This document shows, one piece after another, positions 37,778-50,517 of a stretch of DNA of 64,000 nt (within the stretch, counting starts at the first letter, position 1; each line of letters begins with the position of its first letter). The position numbers and the translations under genes are program-made. Below the pieces are notes generated by a model. That model did no database searches. It was not told where the DNA came from and worked only from the letters and a program-made list of their open reading frames with translations. The stretch covers positions 7,752,001-7,816,000 of the forward strand of contig OZ076409.1 of the NCBI GenBank assembly GCA_964187785.1, given 5' to 3'. Source of the DNA: Amphiscolops sp. MND2022 (Eukaryota).

Positions 37778-40700
37778 TTAGTTTCCGCCCATCGCTGCTC
37801 TTGCTTGTTGCAGAAAGTATTCAGCTCCCCGGCGGGAAAAAGGGTCAGTGTAAGATGACCTGAGGTCAATGTCAGCTGGTTCCAGAGATTGATATCTGAA
37901 ACACCAAATGTTGTGTGGCAATATGATTGAACTAAAACCGGTAAATTTAACTACAGGCTGGCCATATAGGATGAGCGCTAGCGCACCGTTATTAAGATCG
38001 AACGAAAAATACATTTTTCTAATACTATTCAATAATTTGTTGCCAATTTCAGATCGAGATATATAGAGTATTCGTTTCTTGTTTTAAAATAAAAGTATCC
38101 CTGTATTCAACGAATTACAGTTTCTCTACCAAACCAAAAGTTTGGGATTCATTAAACATCCATGTCTTGAATTTGTTAGAAGAAAAGGGCCGTTTTTTAT
38201 TCACCCCAAGTGGCCTCGGGAGGAGATAAGAAACAATATTCAAATACCATTATGTCGACATCATTTGAAATTTTGGTCCAATAAGGTAATTGATGTCGAC
38301 ATAACCCTATCTTTTACATTGACTGCCAGTTAAAAGTTGCTCATTAGGTTTTCTAGCGGAGAAAATTTGCATTAAAACAGGGGCCCGTCCTGTTTGTACG
38401 ATTTTAGCTTGTTCTAAGGGTGAATTTTTGCTTTTTTGGACAATAATATCAAAAAATTGGGGTCATTTTCGCTGGAAGTGTCGACATTTTTTAAACAGCC
38501 GTAAAGAAAATCTTCCGAAGCAAAAGTCTGAGTATTTACATTCAGATTATGTTCTCTTATTAGTGAAATAACTTTCTTTAAGGATAAAATGTTCATTCGT
38601 GTTGGGGGGATTTCGGAACAAGGTGTACCGGGGGGTGCGGTTTAAGAAACATGGTCCGAAAAAAAATGATAACTTGTTTTTCCTTGTTTGCTCGACTGGT
38701 TATGTTCTTATTATAGGAAAAGTTTTCATCCTGAATTCCTGAAAAGATCTAAAAAGTTTCGGAGACAAAAAACACGCTCTTAATTGTTTGTTGCAACCTA
38801 TTTCACCGCTGCAATCCATTGAAAAATCTCTATTCAAGAAAACTTTTCAAAACTGATCCTAAATTGCTCAGCCAAAAAGAAATCGAGGTTCTGTTCAGTT
38901 TTGTCTGTACTACAGATTGTGTCGTCAAAACTTCAAACAAATGCAATTTCCCATTTTCTTTGTTGTGGAGCGGAAAATTATTCCCACTTGGGAAAAAGGA
39001 CGCAGAATCTATTATTAACATTTTACTCGAGCAAAGCAATTGTTTTGAATTGCAAATCGATATTTTGAGAGAAATTTGTTATTTTGGAAAATATATTGAA
39101 TGATGCAGTTTTTTTCTTTCAAATCCATCATGTTATAAACGGCTAATATTAAAGCGGCCTAGATACCCAGGTTTTTCCGAAACGTCCCAGAATTGCCAAG
39201 AAATGTCGGTTTGTTTGAAAGCACGTTGGAATCATTTCAGTAAGACAACTGGACTCTATTAAGTAAATTTACTTTCCATTAATAAAAGTAAATGCATTTA
39301 TTTACTCTAAACGTACCTAGTCACTATTTAAAAGAAAAACAAACGAGGAAAAATTCCTCCATGCAAATATTTTGATTTTCAGTGGACGGAAGAAAATGGG
39401 AAACATCGGTCATTTTTTAAACAACTAAGAAACAATAATTAACTGAAAGGCTTCCTCGTGAAATGACGTCTTGTTATTTTCTCAAGGAACTCCAGGAATA
39501 AAAGTGATGGTACTATGCACAGAATAACCGCATTTATGCTCAAACAATGTTAAAAAGTCTTTTTTCGTAGGCGCGTTTTCCTTTCAAGGTCGGTCTACTT
39601 TTTAGAAACATTCCTGAAACCAACTAAGGCCAAGTTCGGCCAAGGCAAACTTAGTCCAAAGGGTCCACCTCTCATTTTTTACTTTTTCAAGGTAACCTAC
39701 TAAACCGGACAAGCCTAGAGGGTCACCCCTTTTGGATTTTTTCGGCACTGGGCGACTTTTTTCGATTTTTTTAAGTCTCAAAAGGCTCCCCCTTCAAGTT
39801 TTTTCATATTTTGCAGCTGAATGTATGTTAATTAATCCCAAAGGGTCCCCCTTTTTACATTTTTTGGCACTATGCGACATTTTGAAGAAAAAAATTCAAA
39901 AATTTCAAATTTTCAAAAAAAATGTTTTACGCTTTTTGAGCCTTAGATATAGCGCCGACTTTAGACGTCTTGTTTACCTGAACGATTTCTGGGTTTATAA
40001 AAAGGTAATTATTATGGGTTGTTTTGAAAACTTTTGGCCACTTTTTCGTGAAATCATCGACTTCATCTTGGAATCGGAGTTTTCTTTGCGCGCAAAACGG
40101 TTTCCTCAGAGTTGGGCATTTTTGGGCAAGACTTTTCAATTGACCTAGATATATGTTCTCAACAAAAATAACCTTTTTCACTTGCACAGTTTCACAGAGA
40201 CAAAAGATTTCAGAATTTTCAAAACCTGGAGTTAGATATTTTTCTCAACTAGCGTAAATGGCCCATTTTATTTTGTGTAATCAAATATTCTTTTTGCATG
40301 ATTCTTATTGGAAAGGCAAAAGAACTTGAATTAATACATTTTTATATCAATGGAAAATGTTTTGATTGACACGAAAAATCCCAAAGAACGAATAGAGATA
40401 CTCATGACTGGTACCAAACTTGCAGCATGTCATCAAAAAATGGCTGATTGTGATGATCTGACCGTTTGTTCAAAACTGGTACTAAACTGAAAAATACGAA
40501 TATTTGTGTAGTATAATATTCATTTTGCATGATCATTATTAGAAAGGCAGAAGAACTTGAATTAAATCAATCTTATATCAAAGGAAATTGTTTTGATTGA
40601 CACGAAAAATCCAAGAAGTACGAATAGTGATACTCGTGACTGGTACCAAAAATGAAGCATGTCATCAAATAATGGCAGATTGTGATGATTCGGCAGTTTG

Positions 40701-43700
40701 TTCAAAACTGGTACTAAACTGAAAAATACAAAAATTTTGTGTGATATTGGTGTTTGTCTGAATCATTTTGAGTTAATATACGAAAAGTAGTGCATAATAT
40801 TATGTTTGTTCAGTCTTCCACTTGAAATTAATTCAACAAGAAATGCCGCGTATCGCGTCAAGCATAAAGTCGTGGAATCCAGGAAATTTATGATTTCTGC
40901 AATCTGATTGGTTCGTTTTGCAAAACTTACGTTTTTGTGGAATCCGGGACACAGCGGCATGCCGACAGTGCGCACAGCTAAGCATTTGTTACTAGAATCC
41001 ACGACGAAATCCGTGGAATCCGGGACTTATGACGTAACTTGCCAATTTTGCACGGTTAAAAGTATGGTCGTGGAATCCGAGGTATTGAAAGCACAAAGTT
41101 GCGCTTTGAGCAAATTAAGCTTGCCTGTGCACTCTAATGGGCTAACAACAAACACTGCAACTTTTTGGATGATTAGTTTTTTATCTCTTTTTTTTATCTC
41201 TCAAGAAGACGGTAAAAATGAAGCTATCAGTCCTGGTCGAAAACTATAGCTAGAGTCTTCGACCAGCAATGATAGCTTCATTTTTATCGTCTCCTTGAGA
41301 GATAAAATGATTCAGAATGTTGACTTCCTTTCAATTTTGTTCTGGCCAAATAGGATTCTACATTAAAATTGTTTTTTTGGAACATGGGTCTCTTGGTAAG
41401 ATCTTACCATGGCAAAATGAATACCATGGCAATATCTTGTCAAGATCTTAGCTAAGATTGTTTCAAGATCTTACTAAGATGTCCACGGAGGGTCAACCCG
41501 GGCACTTCACCAAAATGTGTGACCACTTCATTCAAGATTCCATTTGAATTTAATCTTCTATTCAAAATTTATAAAAGCAGACAAAATATTTAAAAACAAA
41601 AATTCTAAGATCGTAATTTGTGGGAACCCTCAAATTTAGGAATGGTGAAGTTCGTTATCCTTTTGACCTTGAATTGAAAACAAAGTTAGGATTTGACGAA
41701 ATAAAAACATCACTTCTGTTGAAGACTTTGATGAAAAGTTTACCAGTTACTTCATGTATTCAAGGCTGATTTTTGTGTACAGGGCATAAAAACTCCAGGA
41801 GCCATTGAGGAAACACTTTGTAGAATGACAATTCAGCGTACCCTGTTTAAATCAAATGAATAATTTCCGCTTCGTTATTGACTCGATCACTTTGTTTTCA
41901 CAACTTAACTGCTCAAAAACCCACCCAAGATAACCACCATTTCTCAGAGAGACCCTGAAAGATTTTAAGACCCTTATAAGGGAGACTTAAATTACTTCGC
42001 TTCTAAATGGCGGTAAATTTGACAATCTCAGTAGCATGTAAAAATAGAACTTAGGCAAAATGAAACCTGTAAAATTTCGCTGCATCTTTTAATGGGCGCC
42101 AAATTTAGAATAATGATGCTTCTTGAAAGCTTGTTAGATGTCGAATAAAACTTATTTACGATTTCAAACGATAGCTTGACATAATGATGTACTATCTTTA
42201 CCAAAAAAGGAAAGTTTTTCTTTAAGTAATTGTAACGCTTCTTCTGTAAAATCAGCGTCCTAGTTAGAATTCCTTCAAAGGTGGTTTTGTGTTGAACTAA
42301 ATTTTTGAGAATATTGGAATCGCTGTACTTGGTTAGAATGGTTTGGTTGTCAAAAGAAAGTGTCAAATCTATTTTTAGATCGGACCATGTGATCTATTTC
42401 CCCCCCAGGTACACCTTGTTGGGAATCCCCCCCAACACCAAAGCACATTTTGTTCTTGAATAAAAATATTTCACTAATAAGAGAATATTATTAAATTAAT
42501 ACACTTAGAGAATTGTCTCTACAACTGTTTGGGCACTTCAGGTAAAAAAAATACCATAATTTTTTATTATTACTGTCCAAAATAGCAGAAATTTACGTTT
42601 GGAACAAGCTAAAATCATATAAAAAGGCCCAACTTCAGCGCAAAGTTTGTCCGCTAAAAAATCTAATGAGCCACTTTTAACTGTCAATGTAATGGATAGG
42701 ATTATGTCGACATCAATTAATTTATTGGACAGAAACTTCAACGCAAACGATGTCGACATAATGGTATTTGAACTTTCTGTCTTATTCCCCCCGCCGCAGT
42801 TTGTTGGGGGGGGATTCCCAACAAGGTGTACCAGGGAAAATAGATGACAGGTCCGTCGATCATTCACATGAGTTCAAAAACAGGCAAACCGCAAAAAAAG
42901 TAAATCAAAAGCACATGGTTTTTAAAAATCTACTGTGCTTTGCAATCACTTTGTGATAATGCTTGAGGCACTTTCATTTTATGCTGACGTTCGACTTATT
43001 TTCACTTTCCTTTCGATGCGTTGACGTTATAAAGGTTCCAGCGCAAAACGCATGAATATCATACCCCAATTCATCACAAATTGAAGCCTTCAGCAAATTT
43101 AGATGAAACTTCTAATATAGGAGAAAGTATAATTATAATTAAACTTTTTCCTATATTAGAAGTTTCATCTAAGTTTGCTGATGGCTTCAATTTGTGATGA
43201 ATTGGGGTATCATATTCATGCGATTTGCGTTGGAACCACCAGTGAATAATGTAAACTATAAATGACGCAAATAGTTAATTTAGCGAGTAACGCGTTCGTT
43301 TAGACCAGCTAAATAACTATAGTTTTTTAGCGGGTCTAAAAGAACGCGTCTCTCGCTAAATTAACTATTTGCGATATTTATAATTTACATTATTCACTGG
43401 TGACAGGTTGAAAATTTACGAAGTCAAAGACTCCTGGGTTAAAAATTTCTGAAACTATAAAAATGATTAGTTATGTTGCCACATGCTTTTCACTTTAAAT
43501 ACTAGAACGAAGCCACATGCCAATGCTGATCCAACGGCTTCTTTTGAAAAAAAAACGATCTAGAGGAGCGCAAAAAGTTTTCTTTTTTCAATTCATCTCA
43601 TTCAGGAAGTTTCAACTGGCGAAATCTGCAGGGGTAAAAAAGTAGCAGACTTGAGGCTCAAAAATAGCATAAAGACTTCAAAGTGTCAAGTATTCTATTC

Positions 43701-46700
43701 TCCAGTACCCGAAAAACCCAAGAGTTGGACCGAATTGGCGCGCCCTTTTAGATTTTTATTTTTCGCCCACATAAATGGAAAATCATGATCTGTGTTGCGT
43801 TTTTTTTCCAAATTCTGCCAAATCTCCATTTCATACTTGCACCATTCACCTACTCACATGTAGTTACTTACTCACATGTGTCCCAGCACGCTATATCCGA
43901 ACTTTTGACGTTGTATCCGAAGTAAATTGTGTTTTTCGAAGGAGGACGCAGAGTTTCAAAATTATTGCGCTATGTCCGAATTTTGACGTTATATCTGCGG
44001 TAATTGCGTTTTTCCATTGCGGAGGTAAATTTTTTATTAAGCGTCTATAGTTAGCCAATTGAAGGCGGAAAATATCCCGGTGCATAGCAGGCGTCTTGTT
44101 CAACATCCATTCTGTTGCAAAATATCAAACAATTTAGAGGGGACCCCTTGAAGACTTTAGAAATTTGAAAATAAGTCTTTCAATGCCGAAATAACACCTA
44201 AAAATTCTCCAAAAAACGTTATATCCGGTATACGTCATATCCGGAATTCGTTATATCCAGTTTGCGCTGAATCCGGAAAGGGTTGTGTTATAGTCGAAGG
44301 GGACTCCTTTGAGTTGTCATGTTCATATTGACAATTGACAGTCCCAAAGATATCCCATTTGAAGATGTGTTGAAAAAAAATAACTTTCTGAACAGAATTT
44401 TGGGGGTAATCGTTGCAGCAAGTTTTGAGTGGTTTATTGGTTTACCACCTTCATCGACTAACTGCTTTCAAAGTTGTGAAGAAAGAAGTTTGGACCAAGT
44501 TCCTTTTTCCAATAACAACCCCCCTGTTTCTAGCCCCCCACACACGAGAACAAATTTATGCATGAAAAAAATTCTTGGGCGAACAAAAAAATTTGCAGCA
44601 AAGAATAATCGGACTTTTTCATTATTTTCGAGCAAAAAAGCAAAAATTCAAATCAGGAATAAGCTAAAATTGTATAGGAAAGCCGTTATTTTATCGCACA
44701 TTTTCTCTGCAAAAAATCAAGACGAGCAACCTCAGAAGATAGGTTCATATCGACAACAACTATTTTCTTGGAACGAGACATCGTCGACATGACGGTTTTT
44801 AGTCTGCGCCTTTTCCCTTAAGGATAAAAGCCAGACTATTACAGTGGCTAGATTTTTTTCAGCTGACAATCTCACTCCGAATGGTCCACTTTTTTACAAT
44901 CTTTTGTTCATTTGTTCAACTAATTTTCTGAGAAGCAGGAGATCGTGGGTTCGATTCTCGCACTAGACCACAATTTTTTCAAAAATACTTTTTTTCGAAA
45001 AAATTAATTGTTTCCAAACGTTTCCAATAGTTGTTCCTTGAATATTTTTGAGTCCTAGATATGGCGCCGACTTGGGACGTTCCCGTCTTGTCGAATCTTG
45101 TTCCTTATCCTCCCGCGACCAGTTGGGGGATAAGAAACATTGCCCCAACGTTTTGTGAAGATCCAGCCAGGATGTTTGAGTTGAAGATGCTACGAAGTTT
45201 ATGGACCATGCAAGGTTTTACAAGGTTTCAGGCATCCACAAAATCTACCTAGTACACTGTATTTACATTTTGACGACATTTGATCTTCCCAAAACTTTTC
45301 TTCCTCTGAAGCATGCAACCCGAAAACCAACAACAGAAAACCAGAAAGCGAACTGCTAATTACGTTGAGATAGAAACTTAATCAAATCTCGCGCACTCCT
45401 TAGCATGCTGATGCTGCTATGTATAGTAAAGAACTCTTTTCGCTTAGTTTTGTATACGGTGCATGTGACAACATTCTTGATGCTGTATTACGCCAATTAT
45501 GTTGTAAATTACCGTAAAGCTGCTGCGTCTTGACTTATGAGCTACTATTCCTTGTTTATCATTTTGAGCTGCTCTTTTCTCGCACCTGTGATCAGAGGAA
45601 AAACACAGATTAGCACATATCCCAGTGTTCGAAGCCATGGCATCCTTGCCAAGATCCATGGCAAGTTCCTTGGTAGCCTTGCCAAGATCTTGCCATGATC
45701 TTGCCATGATCTTGGCAAGGATGCCATGGCCATGCAAGATCGTGCAAAGGCTAACCATGATTAACCATGATCTTGGCAAGGGTTCCATGGTAACATTAGC
45801 GAAAATTTTGGAAAATTCAGAGCTCTTATTTTCAAATTGTAACTAGTATCTAAAAATTTATTGGGACCAAAAAACAGACATCTATAGGGTTAAACAGAAG
45901 AAAAATTGGTAGTCAAGACATTAAAGGAAAAATGTTTTTGCTCCGACCATTTTGAGTTTTTATTGCATTCTCGAACTTCAGTAATTAGAACCCGTTACCT
46001 CAATAGATCAGGTAATAGCATGATTTGCATAATTCTAAACAAATCATAGCTAGAAAAGTTGGTTTTCACACCGATATCGCAAACCCGCAAGTTGCAATAA
46101 CTTGATTCGGAGTTTGCTTGGTATGATAAGTCATGTTAGTAGTAACAATGCCGTGCTCTCAAGTAACAAAACGCGGTCAATAGGTGCAGCAAATTATTGA
46201 GCAAATTTTGGATAATTTTCAATTAAAAAACTATTTTCAATCAATAAATATTATGTCCAAAGTTATTACAATGGCTAATTCAAAAATGGCAGACGACAAA
46301 GAATTTTTGCGAAAAGAATAAATTATGCACAATTAATACCAGCTTACATGTCTTACCATGGTTATCTTGTCAAGATCTTGCCATGATCTTGCCATGATCT
46401 TGGCAAGCGTTCCATGTATCATGATTAGCTATGATCTTGGCAAGGGTACCATGGTTAACCATGATTTAGCAAGATTAACCATGATCATGGCAAGCGTTCC
46501 ATGGCTTCGAACACTGGGATGTTACACGTTTCAAAAGACTATCTAGGGGATAGTCCTGAAGGAAATTGGTAGGAGTAACATACTGGGAGTTAGGTCAGCA
46601 AGGGTCACTAGGCTGAACTTCCTCCCTTGCGGGACATGTTTTACCTCGTGAGGCAAAATGTACTCAAGAAGATGTGCGCCTGTTAAGAGCACATACCCCT

Positions 46701-49700
46701 TCCATGAGTTCTTCCACCTATATTGACGAACGAAGGGACGGTGACTCCTTGTTGTTACAGAACTCTCACGCAAACAACGCTGATAAAGATTTTTCGCTAA
46801 TTTTTGTTCCGTTTTCAGCACCGCTTCCTATATAAGTCAGCAAAACACCCTCTCCGCATATTTCAGAAACCTGCATATTTTATTAAAACTATTGCGACCG
46901 AAGGGTTCCTTCCCTCTTGAGGTTTCTTGTCAAATTCATAGGTTTTCCGCCGAAATTCTTCAATTCACTGAAAGGCCCAAGTTTTCTCGTTTTCTCGGGA
47001 TATACACTGGAGAAAATCATTTTCATCATTGGTTTTTTTGGCACCAAAAGTTTCTTAGCATATCCAAGAGACTTTACACTTTCTAAGGCTCCAGCAGGTG
47101 CTGACTCGGCCCGGTCTCGTTTTTTGAACTTTTAGTGGGGCTCTTTTCGGTGTGCTAGTTTAAAATGGTGAAAGCGATTTTTTGTCTGCTCGAAAATTAT
47201 CAGCTTCGGATTCCCAAAATTTTTGATGCATGCATTTTCGAAAAAAAAAATAATGCGCTTCCCGTTTCAATTTCAAAGTACAGACAATCTTTATTTAATA
47301 TTTTCCCAATTGATTTGGACAATGCCGACTTTCACGATGAAAATTTATCGTCTTGATTACTTACTTCAATGACACATGAATTTTTGTTTACGAAAGCGAT
47401 GTCGTAAAATATTTTGAACCAATTTTCCATTATACTAATTTCAGCATACGTCGTGTAATTCAACACCACATTCTCATGTTTCTTGAAACTCATTTCTTGA
47501 TGTATTTTTAAACCCCAAATGAAATTACACAAATGGTGATTAAAATTGTTTTTGGTATTTTAATCAGAAAATGAAAAGTCTAGAAGATGGAAAATTTGCA
47601 GGTCGAATAATCGTGATTATCAAAGCGATAGTTTTCTTTTTCTATCTCTCCTCTTAAACTGCATAACTTTTATAATTTTATTGCAATTGTATTTTTTATT
47701 TGTATAAGTAGTTTTATAACTTTTCTTCAACTACATATTCAAGCTAAAAGTGAAGAATATCTGCGGATACAATTCTGTGAAAAATGCATGGGATCTCATT
47801 AATACATTGCATTCAAGTTTTTTTCTCTGAAATGTCCTGTTCAAGAAAGTTTCTTCCTTAAATTTTGCAATGAAATTTCATTATCAACTTAGGTTATCGC
47901 AGTGGACAATTCTGTTGAAAACGCATCACAAAGATTATAAAACTTGAAAAAATACCTTTCAAAGCTGTTGAAATTTGAACTTAACTAAGAACAAGCGAAA
48001 TTAGTTTTAAAATCACTTCTAAGTTTTTGTATGTTGATCTCAGAGTTGTCAAAGAAAGATGTTTGTAATCATAAAAATCAGTAAAGATTAATTTTGCCGT
48101 TTTTGAAATAAAATTTTGTTCAGATTTTTCAAAAGCGTTATTTCTCTGAAAAACTAATACATGTTTGAATTCAAGAAATTTTTATATATAAACGATAACC
48201 TAATTCATTTTTTCCAGAAAAACTACTAGAATTTCTCATACTGTGTGAGATCTACAAGTGTAAGAGTTGAAACTTTTCGAAATTCATTTTGAAACTCCGT
48301 GTAATTTCCGAGGGAAATTTGAATTTGGACAATCAATTTTTAGGCGCTAATTTGAATCGCTGCCCTAGTCAAAGTTGCCGTGAAGTTTTACAGGCACCTT
48401 CAAAAAATGCCGGCTAATTTTTTTTTATAAAACAGGGAAAATTCAGGGACCATGCATGGAAACATTTTGTAGGATTACTATGCAGCTTTCACTATTTGAG
48501 TTAAAACTGAAAAGATTTCCGCTTCTTCACCGCGATCACTTTATTTTCACGCGTAAATTTCTCAAGCAACTACCTCATGTAAACACCGTTAGTCATATAG
48601 CACGCTGAATATGACGCTACTTTGAAACTTATAAGGTGACTGAAAATTATTTGCATTGAAACCGCGGTAAAATTGATGAGGGTCTCAGCTGCTTTCAAAA
48701 TTAGAACGGCGTCTTGATGAAACCTGCAAAACTTCGCGGCTCGGAATTGCCGCCAAATTTAGGATGCACCTTATAGGCAGCTTGATAAAATTAAATTGCA
48801 TCAGGCTAGTTTTAATGCATGGACGTTTCCTTGAAAATTGTATAAAATCATGAAAAAGTAGCTTGGTAGTCTACAAAAACTTGTAAAAAGTTCAGGCAGT
48901 TCCAACCAGGGTGGTAAAGGTGAATCAAAAATTTAGCGCGGCCGCTAAATCGCTGATTAGAGGTGTCAAAACTCAGCCATCCACTGAAAAGATTTAATGA
49001 AAAAAGTGTAACATAAAAGTGAAAAAAAAAGGAATTTGGTCCGTAGAAAAAGCTTGAAAAAATTGAAATCTGTTCAAGTTTTCAAGCTTGATATAAAACA
49101 AAATTCAGGCGTAGAAGTTGTCAATTTGAGGTCAATTTCAAATTGGTTTCTGAAAAAGTTTTTCCGAAAAAGTGTGACTAATGGTTCTATTAACAATGGT
49201 CATTGTCATTGAAAACAGTCGTTATTTTCCGCCCATATTCCACATTGGAAAGGAATGCCGCTCTTCTCAGCCGCGTTTTTAGTCGGCGCTCTTTGTCAGA
49301 AAAATTTCCGGATTCTCACTATTGCAAGTTCATTTTTTTTCAAATGACAATTTCTACTCTGAATAGTGCACTTTTTACAATCTAGCTCAAGGTCGAAAAA
49401 GTACTCTGCTGTGTGTCAAAACTCTGCTCACAACTATATACTTTGAACATCCAATCTGTTGCCAAATATTAAAAAAATGAAGGGAGACCCTTTGGAGACA
49501 CTGGAAAATTTTCGAAAAAAAGTCTCACAATGCCCTTTAGTCTCGCCCGGTATTGTATGTTACGCTGAAAAAAGGAACAGCTTTTATAGTCCAGTTCTTT
49601 GTGCCTAATGGCCCAATTTGATAACTTAAAATGTCGTAGAACTTTGTGGAAATATTTTGGCCAGTTCGTGTGGTTTGAAAAAAAAGTTTCGATTATAGTC

Positions 49701-50473
49701 GCGTTTCACTTCATGAAGCGCCGACTAAAAAATCTCGGATATGTGTACTTTGCCCAGCCAAGATAAATTAAATCATTAGTCGGTGCTTCATGGAATGAAA
49801 CGCGACTATGCTTGTGCCTCTCTTTTTCAATCCACACGAACTGACCAAAATAGTTCTACAAAGTTCAACGAAACTTTAAGGTGTCAAATTGGACTATTTG
49901 GCACAAGAAACTGAAATATAAAAGTTGTTCCTTTTTTCAGCGTACCTTTCAAAACCGGGCGGGGCGAGACTAAAGGGTCCCCTTCAACTTTTTTGATATT
50001 TTGCAACAAAATGGATGTTAAGAAAAATCCCAAAAGTCCCCCTGCGCGCCAATTCGGTGCAACTTTAGGGTTTTTCGGGTACTGTAAAAGCGAAGACTTT
50101 ACATAAAAAATTTTACATGGAACAAAGATAAAACTAACTGTTGTTGGATTTCGTTGTTGGCACCCGAGGGGTGTTTCCAGGGTGAGCCCACCATCTGTTG
50201 AGGGGGGAGACCCACCGCATCCATTGGTGCCCCCAACGGAACCCCCCCTTGGGGTGAGTCTCCTCTCCTTGCGAACGAAGGGTACATTCTCCTCTGTAGT
50301 CGATGGGCTACTGCGTCCTGTTCGTCAGTCCACTTGCTTTTCCAGAATGCGGAAACTGGACTACTGCCTATTTGGGCGGCGACACAAACCAGAGCGAGGA
50401 CCAAACACACAACACAAGACGACCCCTGGCCCCCGTACCGCTGGTTCTTCTTGGCTATCATTCTCAGTTCCAT
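37778..50473 (-). CDS. Putative secreted neuropeptide-like precursor, 2 coding exons (50473-50139, 37895-37778), 150 aa
   Basis: Hydrophobic signal-like segment CVVCLVLALVCVAAQIGSSPVSA. Dibasic sites RR-MYPSFA-RRG and R-SSYTDPFS-RRG. Donor CA|GTTAGT at 50138 and acceptor TTTCAG|A at 37896, both phase 2; 453 nt in frame. AATAAA at 37568-37563. Confidence 0.68.
40287..40745 (+). repeat. Two-copy tandem duplication (~230-bp unit)
   Basis: TTTGCATGAT..GAAAGGCA..GAACTTGAATT..TGACTGGTACCAAA..AAACTGGTACTAAACTGAAAAATAC occurs twice in tandem. Confidence 0.85.
41191..41307. repeat. Imperfect palindrome / hairpin MITE (~115 bp)
   Basis: TTTTATCTCTCAAG..AAAAATGAAGCTATCA..TGGTCGAA and its reverse complement, centred near 41248. 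Confidence 0.8.
42393..42844. mobile_element. MITE with ~30-45-bp TIRs (partial reverse copy ~38190-38635)
   Basis: GGTACACCTTGTTGGGAATCCCCCCAACA near the left end and TGTTGGGGGGGGATTCCCAACAAGGTGTACC near the right end. Confidence 0.8.
43034..43402. repeat. Two back-to-back long palindromes (43034-43237 and 43237-43402)
   Basis: GGTTCCA..CATGAATAT..CCCCAATTCATCACAAATTGAAGCC folds onto its reverse complement. CACCAGTGAATAATGTAAA..folds onto TTTACATTATTCACTGGTG. Confidence 0.9.
45621..46518. mobile_element. CCC-ended non-autonomous DNA transposon with repetitive subterminal arms (EnSpm/CMC-like)
   Basis: TIR CCCAGTGTTCGAAGCCATGG / CCATGGCTTCGAACACTGGG, AT on both flanks, and arms built from GATCTTGCCAT / CATGATCTTGGCAAG units. 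A related fragment is at ~41385-41502. Confidence 0.8.
48363..48911 (+). mobile_element. CCC-ended MITE, intact copy (~550 bp)
   Basis: Termini CCCTAGT...ACCAGGG with TG on both flanks. Further copies are present in the window. Confidence 0.85.
49449..50017. repeat. Two inverted copies of a dispersed repeat separated by ~45 bp
   Basis: CCTTTAGTCTCGCCC..GCTGAAAAAAGGAACA..ATAGTCGCGTTTCA..CCGACTAA (49535-49728) is mirrored by 49776-49978. Confidence 0.8.
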
Positions 50474-50517
50474 CGTTCGTTCGTTCGTTCGTTCGTTCGT
50501 TCGTTCGTTCGTTCGTT
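50474..50517 (-). repeat. (AACG)n microsatellite directly 5' of the ATG at 50473
   Basis: About eleven perfect CGTT units on the plus strand. Confidence 0.95.

Noticed and set aside
46543..46821. Extra internal exon of the peptide precursor gene
   Set aside because: The candidate acceptor near 46780 gives a stop within eight codons in the required phase 2.
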